From Eledone cirrhosa (Eukaryota): a DNA stretch of 64,000 bases. This document shows, in pieces, positions 1 through 11,332 of the stretch (positions are counted from its first letter, which is position 1; every line of letters starts with the position of its first letter). The stretch lies in assembly GCA_964016885.1 (NCBI GenBank), contig OZ024744.1:133920001-133984000 (forward strand), in the 5' to 3' direction. A model generated the notes under the pieces. It searched no databases and was not told the origin of the DNA. It saw nothing but the letters and a program-made list of their open reading frames with translations. The position numbers and the translations under genes were made by a program.

Positions 1-703
1 GTTGGGGATAAGTTAAGTTGGGGTTAAGTTAAGTTGGGGTTAAGTTAAGTTGGGGTTAAGTTAAGTTGGTGTTAAGTTAAGTTGGGGCTAAGTTAAGTTG
101 GGGCTGAGTTAAGTTGGGGCTGAGTTAAGTTGGGGTTAAGTTAAGTTGGGGTTGAGTTAAGTTGGGGTTAAGTTAAGTTGGGGTCAAGTTAAGTTGGGGT
201 TAAGTTGGGGTTAAGTTAAGTTAGGTTTAAGTTAAGTTGGGGTTAAGTTAAGTTGGGGTTACGTTAAGTTGGTGTTAAGTTAAGTTGGGGTTAATTTAAG
301 TTGGGGTTAATTAAGTTGGGGTTAAGTTAAGTTGGGGTTAAGTTAAGTTGGGGTTAAGTTAAGTTGGGGTTGAGTTAAGTTGGGGTTAAGTTAAGTTGGG
401 GTTATATTAAGTTGGGGTTAAGTTAAGTTGGGGTTCAGTTAAGTTGGGGATAAGTTAAGTTGGGGTTAAGTTAAGTTGGGGTTAAGTTAAGTTTGGGTTA
501 AGTTAAGTTGGTGTTAAGTTAAGTTGGGGCTAAGTTAAGTTGGGGCTGAGTTAAGTTGGGGCTGAGTTAAGTTGGGGTTAAGTTAAGTTGGGGTTGAGTT
601 AAGTTGGGGTTAAGTTAAGTTGGGGTCAAGTTAAGCTGGGGTTAAGTTGGGGTTAAGTTAAGTTAGGTTTAAGTTAAGTTGGGGTTAAGTTAAGTTGGGG
701 TTA
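1..703 (+). repeat. 442-bp intermediate higher-order unit (28 monomers: 26x16 + 11 + 15), about 1.6 copies
   Basis: GTTGGGGATAAG at 1 and 443; GGGGTCAAG C at 185 and 627. The same 442-bp spacing recurs at 12330/12772. Confidence 0.8.
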
Positions 704-3700
704 AGTTAAGTTGGGGTTAAGTTAAGTTGGGGTTAAGTTAATTTGTGGTTAAGTTAAGTTGGGGTTAAGTTAAGTTGGGGTTAAGTTAAGTTGGGGTTAA
801 ATTAAGTTGGGGTTAAGTTAAGTTGGGGTTAAGTTAAGTTGGGGTTAAGTTAAGTTGGGGATAAGTTAAGTTGGGGATAATTTAAGTTGGGGTTAATTTA
901 AGTTGGGTTTAAGTTAAGTTGGGGTTAAGTTAAGTTGGGGATAAGTTAAGTTGGGGTTAAGTTAAGTTGGGGTTAAGTTAAGTTGGGGTTAAGTTAAGTT
1001 GGGGCTAAGTTAAGTTGGGGCTGAGTTAAGTTGGGGTTAAGTTAAGTTGGGGTTAATTTAAGTTGTGGCTAAGTTAAGTTGGGGCTGAGTTAAGTTGGGG
1101 CTGAGTTAAGTTGGGGTTAAGTTAAGTTGGGGTTGAATTAAGTTGGGGTTAAGTTAAGTTGGGGTCAAGTTAAGTTGGGGTTAAGTTGGGGTTAAGTTAG
1201 GTTAGGTTTAAGTTAAGTTGGGGTTAAGTTAAGTTGGGGTTAAGTTAAGTTGGGGTTAAGTTAAGTTGGGGTTAAATTAAGTTGGGGTTAAGTTAAGTTG
1301 GGGTTAAGTTAAGTTGGGGTTAAGTTAAGTTGGGGATAAGTTAAGTTGGGGATAATTTAAGTTGGGGTTAAGTTAAGTTGGGTTTAAGTTAAGTTGGGGT
1401 TAAGTTAAGTTGGGGATAAGTTAAGTTGGGGTTAAGTTAAGTTGGGGTTAAGTTAAGTTGGGGCTAAGTTAAGTTGGGGCTGAGTTAAGTTGGGGTTAAG
1501 TTAAGTTGGGGTTAATTTAAGTTGGGGTTTATTTAAGTTGGGGTTACGTTAACTTGGTGTTAAGTTAAGTTGGGGTTAATTTAAGTTGGGGTTAAGTTAA
1601 GTTGGGGTTAAGTTAAGTTGGTGTTACGTTAAGTTGTGGCTAAGTTAAGTTGGGGCTGAGTTAAGTTGGGGCTGAGTTAAGTTGGGGTTAAGTTAAGTTG
1701 GGGTTGAGTTAAGTTGGGGTTAAGTTAAGTTGGGGTCAAGTTAAGTTGGGGTTAAGTTGGGGTTAAGTTAGGTTAGGTTTAAGTTAAGTTGGGGTTAAGT
1801 TAAGTTGGGGTTAAGTTAATTTGTGGTTAAGTTAAGTTGGGGTTAAGTTAAGTTGGGGTTAAGTTTAGTCGGGGTTAAGTTAAGTTGGGGTTAAGTTAAG
1901 TTGGGGTTAATTTAAGTTGGGGTTAAGTTAAGTTGGGGTTAAGTTAAGTTGGGGTTAAGTTAAGATGGGGTTAAGTTAAGTTGGGGTTAAGTTAAGTTGA
2001 GGTTAAGTTAAGTTGGGGTCAAGTTAAGTTGGGGTTAAGTTGGGGTTAAGTTAAGTTAGGTTTAAGTTAAGTTGGGGTTAAGTTAAGTTGGGGTTACGTT
2101 AAGTTGGTGTTAAGTTAAGTTGGGGTTAATTTAAGTTGGGGTTAATTAAGTTGGGGTTAAGTTAAGTTGGGGTTAAGTTAAGTTGGGGTTAATTTAAGTT
2201 GGGGTTGAGTTAAGTTGGGGTTAAGTTAAGTTGGGGTTATATTAAGTTGGGGCTGAGTTAATTTGGGGCTGAGTTAAGTTGGGGTTAAGTTAAGTTGGGG
2301 TTGAGTTAAGTTGGGGTTAAGTTAAGTTGGGGTCAAGTTAAGTTGGGGTTAAGTTGGGGTTAAGTTAAGTTAGGTTTAAGTTAAGTTGGGGTTAAGTTAA
2401 GTTGGGGTTAAGTTAAGTTGGGGTTAAGTTAAGTTGGGGTTAAGTTAATTTGTGGTTAAGTTAAGTTGGGGTTAAGTTAAGTTGGGGTTAAGTTAAGTTG
2501 GGGTTAAATTAAGTTGGGGTTAAGTTAAGTTGGGGTTAAGTTAAGTTGGGGTTAAGTTAAGTTGGGGATAAGTTAAGTTGGGGAAAATTTAAGTTGGGGT
2601 TCAGTTAAGTTGGGTTTAAGTTAAGTTGGGGTTAAGTTAAGTTGGGGATAAGTTAAGTTGGGGTTAAGTTAAGTTGGGGTTAAGTTAAGTTGGGGTTAAG
2701 TTAAGTTGGGGCTAAGTTAAGTTGGGGCTGAGTTAAGTTGGGGTTAAGTTAAGTTGGGGTTGAGTTAAGTTGGGGTTAAGTTAAGTTGGGGTCAAGTTAA
2801 GTTGGGGTTAAGTTGGGGTTAAGTTAGGTTAGGTTTAAGTTAAGTTGGGGTTAAGTTAAGTTGGGGTTAAGTTAAGTTGGGGTTAAGTTAAGTTGGGGTT
2901 AAGTTAAGTTGGGGTTAAGTTAATTTGTGGTTAAGTTAAGTTGGGGTTAAGTTAAGTTGGGGTTAAGTTAAGTTGGGGTTAAGTTAAGTCGGGGTTAACT
3001 TAAGTTGGGGTTAAGTTAAGTTGGGGTTAATTTAAGTTGGGGTTAAGTTAAGTTGGGGTTAAGTTAAGTTGGGGTTAAGTTAAGATGGGGTTAAGTTAAG
3101 TTGGGGTTAAGTTAAGTTGAGGTTAAGTTAAGTTGGGGTCAAGTTAAGTTGGGGTTAAGTTGGGGTTAAGTTAAGTTAGGTTTAAGTTAAGTTGGGGTTA
3201 AGTTAAGTTGGGGTTACGTTAAGTTGGTGTTAAGTTAAGTTGGGGTTAATTTAAGTTGGGGTTAATTAAGTTGGGGTTAAGTTAAGTTGGGGTTAAGTTA
3301 AGTTGGGGTTAATTTAAGTTGGGGTTGAGTTAAGTCTGGGTTAAGTTAAGTTGGGGTTATATTAAGTTGGGGTTAAGTTAAGTTGGGGCTCAGTTAAGTT
3401 GGGGATAAGTTAAGTTGGGGTTAAGTTAAGTTGGGGTTAAGTTAAGTTGGGGTTAAGTTAAGTTGGTGTTAAGGTAAGTTGGGGCTAAGTTAAGTTGGGG
3501 CTGAGTTAATTTGGGGCTGAGTTAAGTTGGGGTTAAGTTAAGTTGGGGTTGAGTTAAGTTGGGGTTAAGTTAAGTTGGGGTCAAGTTAAGTTGGGGTTAA
3601 GTTGGGGTTAAGTTAAGTTAGGTTTAAGTTAAGTTGGGGTTAAGTTAAGTTGGGGTTAAGTTAAGTTGGGGTTAAGTTAATTTGTGGTTAAGTTAAGTTG

Positions 3701-6700
3701 GGGTTAAGTTAAGTTGGGGTTAAGTTAAGTTGGGGTTAAATTAAGTTGGGGTTAAGTTAAGTTGGGGTTAAGTTAAGTTGGGGTTAAGTTAAGTTGGGGA
3801 TAAATTAAGTTGGGGATAATTTAAGTTGGGGTTCAGTTAAGTTGGGTTTAAGTTAAGTTGGGGTTAAGTTAAGTTGGGGATAAGTTAAGTTGGGGTTAAG
3901 TTAAGTTGGGGTTAAGTTAAGTTGGGGTTAAGTTAAGTTGGGGCTAAGTTAAGTTGGGGCTGAGTTAAGTTGGGGTTAAGTTAAGTTGGGGTTAAGTTGG
4001 GGTTAATTTAAGTTGGGGTTTATTTAAGTTGGGGTTACGTTAAGTTGGTGTTAAGTTAAGTTGGGGTTAATTTAAGTTGGGGTTAATTAAGTTGGGGTTA
4101 AGTTAAGTTGGGGATAAGTTAAGTTGGGGTTAATTTAAGTTGGGGTTGAGTTAAGTTGGGGTTAAGTTAAGTTGGGGTTATATTAAGTTGGGGTTAAGTT
4201 AAGTTGGGGTTCAGTTAAGTTGGGGATAAGTTAAGTTGGGGTTAAGTTAAGTTGGGGTTAAGTTAAGTTGGGGTTAAGTTAAGTTGGTGTTAAGTTAAGT
4301 TGTGGCTAAGTTAAGTTGGGGCTGAGTTAAGTTGGGGCTGAGTTAAGTTGGGGTTAAGTTAAGTTGGGGTTGAGTTAAGTTGGGGTTAAGTTAAGTTGGG
4401 GTCAAGTTAAGTTGGGGTTAAGTTGGGGTTAAGTTAAGTTAGGTTTAAGTTAAGTTGGGGTTAACTTAAGTTGGGGTTAAGTTAAGTTGGGGTTAAGTTA
4501 AGTTGGGGTTAAGTTAAGTTGGGGTTAAGTTAATTTGTGGTTAAGTTAAGTTGGGGTTAAGTTAAGTTGGGGTTAAGTTAAGTTGGGGTTAAGTTAAGTC
4601 GGGGTTAAGTTAAGTTGGGGTTAAGTTAAGTTGGGGTTAATTTAAGTTGGGGTTAAGTTAAGTTGGGGTTAAGTTAAGTTGGGGTTAAGTTAAGATGGGG
4701 TTAAGTTAAGTTGGGGTTAAGTTAAGTTGAGGTTAAGTTAAGTTGGGGTTAAATTAAGTTGGGGTTAAGTTAAGTTGGGGTTAAGTTAAGTTGGGGTTAA
4801 GTTAAGTTGGGGATAAGTTAAGTTGGGGATAATTTAAGTTGGGGTTAAGTTAAGTTGGGTTTAAGTTAAGTTGGGGTTAAGTTAAGTTGGGGTTAAGTTA
4901 AGTTGGGGTTAAGTTAAGTTGGGGTTAAGTTAAGTTGGGGTTAAGTTAAGTTGGGGCTAAGTTAAGTTGGGGCTGAGTTAAGTTGGGGTTAAGTTAAGTT
5001 GGGGTTAAGTTAAGTTGGGGTTAAGTTAAGTTGGGGTTTATTTAAGTTGGGGTTAAATTAAGTTGGGGTTCAGTTAAGTTGGGGTTAAGATAAGTTGGGG
5101 TTAAGATGGGGTTAAATTAAGTTGGGGTTAAGTTAAGTTGGGGTTAAGTTAAGTTGGGGTTAAGTTAAGTTGGGGTTAAGTTAAGTCGGGGTTAAGTTAG
5201 GTCGGGGTTAAGTTAAGTTAGGGTTCAGTTAAGTTGGGGTTAAGTTAAGTTGGGGTTGAGTTAAGTTGGGGTTGAGTTAAATTGGGGTTGAGTTAAGTTG
5301 GGGTTGAGTTAAGTTGGTTTTGAGTTAAGTTGGGGTTAAGTTAAGTTGGGGTTAAGTTAAGTTGCAGTTAAGTTAAGTTGAGGTTAAGTTAAGGTGCGGT
5401 TAAGTTAAGTTGGGGTTAAGTTAAGTTGGGGCTAAGTTAAGTTGGGGCTAAGTTAAGTTGGGGCTAAGTTAAGTTGGGGTTAAGTTAAGTTGAGGTTAAT
5501 TTAATTTGGGGTTAAGTTGGGGTTAAGTTAAGTTGGGGTTAAGTTAAGTTGGGGTTAAGTTAAGTTGGGTTTAAGTTAAGTTGGGGTTAAGTTAAGTTGG
5601 GGTCAAGTTAAGTTGGGGTTAAGTTAAGTTGGTTAGTTAAGTTGACTTTAAGTTAAGTTGGGGTTAATTTAAGTTGGGGTTAAGTTAAGTTGGGGTTAAG
5701 TTAAGTTGGGGTTAAGTTAAGTTGGGGTTAAGTTAAGTTGGGGTTAAGTTAAGTCGGGGTTAATTTAAGTCGGGGTTAAGTTAAGTTGGGGTTGAGTTAA
5801 GTTGGGGTTGAGTTAAGTTGGGGTTAAGTTAAGTTGGGGTTAAGTTAAGTTGCAGTTAAGTTAAGTTGAGGTTAAGTTAAGGTGGGGTTAAGTTAAGTCG
5901 GGGTTAAGTTAAGTTGTGGTTGAGTTAAGTTGGGGTTAATTTAAGTTGGGGCTAAGTTAATTTGTGGTTAAGTTAAGTTGGGGTTAAGTTAAGTTGGGGT
6001 TAAGTTAAGTTGGGGTTGAGTTAAGTTGGGGTTGAGTTAATTTGGGGTTAAATTAAGTTGGGGTTAAGTTAAGTTGGGTTTAAGTTAAGTTGGGGTTAAA
6101 TTAAGTTGGGGTTAAATTAAGTTGGGGTTAAGTTAAGTTGGGGGTAAGTTAAGTTGGGGGCAAGTTAAGTTGGGGTTAATTTAAGTTGGGGTTAAATTAA
6201 GTTGGGGTTACGTTAAGTTGGTGTTAAGTTAAGTTGGGGTTAATTTAAGTTGGGGTTAATTAAGTTTGGGTTAAGTTAAGTTGGGGTTAAGTTAAGTTGG
6301 GGTTAATTTAAGTTGGGGTTGAGTTAAGTTGGGGTTCAGTTAAGTTGGGGATAAGTTAAGTTGGGGTTGAGTTAAGTTGGGGTTAAGTTAAGTTGGGGTC
6401 AAGTTAAGTTGGGGTTAAGTTGGGGTTAAGTTAAGTTAGGTTTAAGTTAAGTTGGGGTTAAGTTAAGTTGGGGTTAATTTAAGTTGGGGTTAAGTTAAAT
6501 TGGGGCTAAGTTAAGTTGAGGTTAAGTTAAGTTGGGGTTAAATTAAGTTGGGGTTAAGTTAAGTTGGGGTTAAGTTAAGTTGGGGTTAAGTTAAGATGAG
6601 GTTAAGTTAAGTTGGGGTTAAATTAAGTTGGGGTTAAGTTAAGTTGGGGTTAAGTTAAGTTGGGTTTAAGTTAAGTTGGGGTTAAGTTAAGTTGGGGATA

Positions 6701-9700
6701 AGTTAAGTTGGGGTTTATTTAAGTTGGGGTTACGTTAAGTTGGTGTTAAGTTAAGTTGGGGTTAATTTAAGTTGGGGTTAATTAAGTTGGGGTTAAGTTA
6801 AGTTGGGGTTAATTTAAGTTGGGGTTGAGTTAAGTTGGGGTTAAGTTAAGTTGGGGTTATATTAAGCTGGGGTTAAGTTAAGTTGGGGTTCAGTTAAGTT
6901 GGGTATAAGTTAAGTTGGGGTTAAGTTAAGTTGGGGTTAAGTTAAGTTGGGGTTAAGTTAAGTTGGTGTTAAGTTAAGTTGGGGCTAAGTTAAGTTGGGG
7001 CTGAGTTAAGTTGGAGTTGAGTTAAGTTGGGGTTAAGTTAAGTTGGGGTCAAGTTAAGTTGGGGTTAAGTTGGGGTTAAGTTAAGTTAGGTTTAAGTTAA
7101 GTTGGGGTTAAGTTAAGTTGGGGTTAAGTTAAGTTGGGGTTAAGTTAATTTCTGGTTAAGTTAAGTTGGGGTTAAGTTAAGTTGGGGTTAAGTTAAGTCG
7201 GGGTTAAGTTAAGTTGGGGTTAAGTTAAGTTGGGGTTAATTTAAGTTGGGGTTAAGTTAAGTTGGGGTCAAGTTAAGTTGGGGTTAAGTTGGGGTTAAGT
7301 TAAGTTAGGTTTAAGTTAAGTTGGTGTTAAGTTAAGTTGGGGCTAAGTTAAGTTGGGGCTGAGTTAAGTTGGGGTTAATTTAAGTTGGGGCTAAGTTAAT
7401 TTGTGGTTAAGTTAAGTTGGGGTTAAGTTAAGTTGGGGTTAAGTTAAGTTGGGGTTGAGTTAAGTTGGGGTTGAGTTAATTTGGGGTTAAGTTAAGTTGG
7501 GGTTAATTTAAGTTGGGGTTAAATTAAGTTGGGGTTAAGTTAAGTTGGGGGTAAGTTAAGTTGGGGGCAAGTTAAGTTGGGGTTAATTTAAGTTGGGGTT
7601 AAATTAAGTTGGGATTACGTTAAGTTGGTGTTAAGTTAAGTTGGGGTTAATTTAAGTTGGGGGCAAGTTAAGTTGGGGTTAAGTTAAGTTGGGGTTAAGT
7701 TAAGTTGGGGTTAATTTAAGTTGGGGTTGAGTTAAGTTGGGGTTAAGTTGGGGTTGAGTTAAGTTGGGGTTGAGTGAAGTTGGGGTTAAGTTAAGTTAAG
7801 TTGGGGTTAAGTTAAGTCGGGGTTAAGTTAAGTTGTGGTTGATTTAAGTTGGGGTTAATTTAAGTTGGAGCTAAGTTAATTTGTGGTTAAGTTAAGTTGG
7901 GGTTAAGTTAAGTTGGAATTAAGTTAAGGTGGGGTTGAGTTAAGTTGGGGTTGAGTTAATTTGGGGTTAAGTTAAGTTGGGGTTAATTTAAGTTGGGTTT
8001 AAGTTAATTTGGGTTTAAATTAAGTTGGGGTTAAATTAAGTTGGGGTTAAGTTAAGTTGGGGGTAAGTTAAGTTGGGGGCAAGTTAAGTTGGGGTTAATT
8101 TAAGTTGGGGTTAAATTAAGTTGGGATTACGTTAAGTTGGTGTTAAGTTAAGTTGGGGTTAATTTAAGTTGGGGTTAATTAAGTTGGGGTTAAGTTAAGT
8201 TGGGGTTAAGTTAAGTTGGGGTTAATTTAAGTTGGGGTTGAGTTAAGTTGGGGTTAAGTTAAGTTGGGGTTATATTAAGTTGGGGTTAAGTTAAGTTGGG
8301 GTTCAGTTAAGTTGGGGATAAGTTAAGTTGGGGTTAAGTTAAGTTGGGGCTAAGTTAAGTTGGGGCTGAGTTAAGTTGGGGCTGAGTTAAGTTGGGGTTA
8401 AGTTAAGTTGGGGTTGAGTTAAGTTGGGGTTAAGTTAAGTTGGGGTCAAGTTAAGTTGGGGTTAAGTTGGGGTTAAGTTAAGTTAGGTTTAAGTTAAGTT
8501 GGGGTTAAGTTAAGTTGGGGTTAAGTTAAGTTGGTTAGTTAAGTTGAGTTTAAGTTAAGTTGGGGTTAATTTAAGTTGGGGTTAAGTTAAGTTGGGGTTA
8601 AGTTAAGTTGGGGTTAAGTTAAGTTGGGGTTAAGTTAAGTTGGGGTTAATTTAAGTCGGGGTTAATTTAAGTCGGGGTTAAGTTAAGTTAGGGTTCAGTT
8701 AAGTTGGGGTTAAGTTAAGTTGGGGTTGAGTTAAGTTGGGGTTGAGTTAAATTGGCGTTGAGTTAAGTTGGGGTTGAGTTAAGTTGGTGTTGAGTTAAGT
8801 TGGGGTTAAGTTAAGTTGGGGTTAAGTTAAGTTGCAGTTAAGTTAAGTTGAGGTTAAGTTAAGGTGGGGTTAAGTTAAGTCGGGGTTAAGTTAAGTTGTG
8901 GTTGAGTTAAGTTGGGGTTAATTTAAGTTGGGGCTAAGTTAATTTGTGGTTAAGTTAAGTTGGGGTTAAGTTAAGTTGGGGTTAAGTTAAGTTGGGGTTG
9001 AGTTAAGTTGGGGTTGAGTTAATTTGGGGTTAAGTTAAGTTGGGGTTAAGTTAAGTTGGGTTTAAGTTAAGTTGGGGTTAAATTAAGTTGGGTTTAAATT
9101 AAGGTGGGGTTAAGTTAAGTTGGGGGTAAGTTAAGTTGGGGGCAAGTTAAGTTGGGGTTAATTTAAGTTGGGGTTAAATTAAGTTGGGGTTACGTTAAGT
9201 TGGTGTTAAGTTAAGTTGGGGTTAATTTAAGTTGGGGTTAATTAAGTTGGGGTTAAGTTAAGTTGGGGTTAAGTTAAGTTGGGGTTAATTTAAGTTGGGG
9301 TTGAGTTAAGTTGGGGTTCAGTTAAGTTGGGGATAAGTTAAGTTGGGGTTAAGTTAAGTTGGGGTTAAGTTAAGGTGGGGTTAAGTTAAGTTGGTGTTAA
9401 GTTAAGTTGGGGCTAAGTTAAGTTGGGGCTGAGTTAAGTTGGGGCTGAGTTAAGTTGGGGTTAAGTTAAGTTGGGGTTAAGTTAAGTTGGGGTTAATTTA
9501 AGTTGGGGTTTATTTAAGTTGGGGTTACGTTAAGTTGGTGTTAAGTTAAGTTGGGGTTAATTTAAGTTGGGGTTAATTAAGTTGGGGTTAAGTTAAGTTG
9601 GGGTTAATTTAAGTTGGGGTTGAGTTAAGTTGGGGTTAAGTTAAGTTGGGGTTATATTAAGTTGGGGTTAAGTTAAGTTGGGGTTCAGTTAAGTTGGGTA

Positions 9701-11132
9701 TAAGTTAAGTTGGGGTTAAGTTAAGTTGGGGTTAAGTTAAGTTGGGGTTAAGTTAAGTTGGTGTTAAGTTAAGTTGGGGCTAAGTTAAGTTGGGGCTGAG
9801 TTAAGTTGGGGCTGAGTTAAGTTGGGGTTAAGTTAAGTTGGGGTCAAGTTAAGTTGGGGTTAAGTTGGGGTTAAGTTAAGTTAGGTTTAAGTTAAGTTGG
9901 GGTTAAGTTAAGTTGGGGTTAAGTTAAGTTGGGGTTAAGTTCATTTCTGGTTAAGTTAAGTTGGGGTTAAGTTAAGTTGGGGTTAAGTTAAGTCGGGGTT
10001 AAGTTAAGTTGGGGTTAAGTTAAGTTGGGGTTAATTTAAGTTGGAGTTAAGTTAAGTTGGGGTCAAGTTAAGTTGGGGTTAAGTTGGGGTTAAGTTAAGT
10101 TAGGTTTAAGTTAAGTTGGGGTTAAGTTAAGTTGGGGTTAAGTTAAGTTGGGGTTAAGTTAAGTTGGGGTTAAGTTAAGTTGGGGTTAAGTTAATTTGTG
10201 GTTAAGTTAAGTTGGCGTTAAGTTAAGTTGGGGTTAAGTTAAGTTGGGGTTAAGTTAAGTCGGGGTTAAGTTAAGTTGGGGTTAAATTAAGTTGGGGTTA
10301 AGTTAAGTTGGGGTTAAGTCAAGTTGGGGTTAAGTTAAGTTGGGGATAAGTTAAGTTGGGGATAATTTAAGTTGGGGTTAAGTTAAGTTGGGTTTAAGTT
10401 AAGTTGGGGTTAAGTTAAGTTGGGGTTAAGTTAAGTTGGGGTTAAGTTAAGTTGGGGTTAAGTTAAGTTGGGGTTAAGTTAAGTTGGGGCTAAGTTAAGT
10501 TGGGGCTGAGTTAAGTTGGGGTTAAGTTAAGTTGGGCTTAATTTAAGTCGGGGTTAAGTTAAGTTAGGGTTCAGTTAAGTTGGGGTTAAGTTAAGTTGGG
10601 GTTGAGTTAAGTTGGGGTTGAGTTAAATTGGGGTTGAGTTAAGTTGGGTTGAGTTAAGTTGGTGTTGAGTTAAGTTGGGGTTCAGTTAAGTTGAGGTTAA
10701 GTTAAGTTGCAGTTAAGTTAAGTTGAGGTTAAGTTAAGGTGCGGTTAAGTTAAGTTGGGGTTAAGTTAAGTTGGGGCTAAGTTAAGTTGGGGCTAAGTTA
10801 AGTTGGGGCTAAGTTAAGTTGGGGTTAAGTTAAGTTGGGGTTAAGTTAAGTCGGGGTTAAGTTAAGTTGGGGTTAAGTTAAGTTGGGGTTAATTTAAGTT
10901 GGGGTTAAGTTAAGTCGGGGTTAAGTTAAGTTGGGGTTAAGTTAAGTTGGGGTTAAGTTAAGTTGGGTTTAAGTTAAGTTGGGGTTAAGTTAAGTTGGGG
11001 TTAAGTTAAGTTGGGGTTAAGTTAAGTTGGTTAGTTAAGTTGAGTTTAAGTTAAGTTGGGGTTAATTTAAGTTGGGGTTAAGTTATGTTGGGTTTAAGTT
11101 AAGTTGGGGTTACGTTAAGTTGGGGTTAAGTT

Positions 11133-11186
11133 AAGTTGGGGTTAAGTTAAGTTGGGGTTAACCCCAACTTAACTTAACCCCAACTT
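11133..11186. other. 54-bp perfect palindrome with no spacer at the left junction of the inverted island (repeated at the other four islands)
   Basis: AAGTTGGGGTTAAGTTAAGTTGGGGTT|AACCCCAACTTAACTTAACCCCAACTT: 27-bp arms around a central GTTAAC (HpaI site). Imperfect complementarity extends further because the left flank is the same repeat. Confidence 0.93.
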
Positions 11187-11332
11187 CACTCAACCACAAC
11201 GTAACTCAACCCCAACTTAACTTAACCCCAACTTCACTCAACCCCAACTTAACTTAACCCCAACTTCACTCAACCCCAACTTCCAACTTGACTTAACCCC
11301 AACTTAACTTAGCCCCAACTTAACTTAAGCCC
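11160..11332 (-). repeat. Inverted island of the satellite (about 10.5 monomers, C-rich strand on +), copy 1
   Basis: Sequence switches from ...GTTGGGGTT to AACCCCAACTTAACTT... at 11159/11160 and returns after ...CTTAAGCCC at 11332. Private variant AACCACAAC (A11196). Confidence 0.97.

Noticed and set aside
11133-11186. Protelomerase (telRL-like) hairpin-telomere resolution site
   Set aside because: Only the palindrome length is similar. The arms are plain satellite, there is no enzyme gene in the window, and nothing suggests a phage or bacterial replicon.
11160-11332. MITE or piggyBac-type insertion at a TTAA site
   Set aside because: The island is only the reverse complement of the satellite. 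It has no distinct terminal inverted repeats or internal sequence, and all copies share identical flanks, so they were co-duplicated and not independently inserted.
11160-11332. 173-bp island length matching a nucleosome repeat or alpha-satellite monomer
   Set aside because: The island has a single origin, so its length is one observation and likely coincidental; there is no sequence resemblance.
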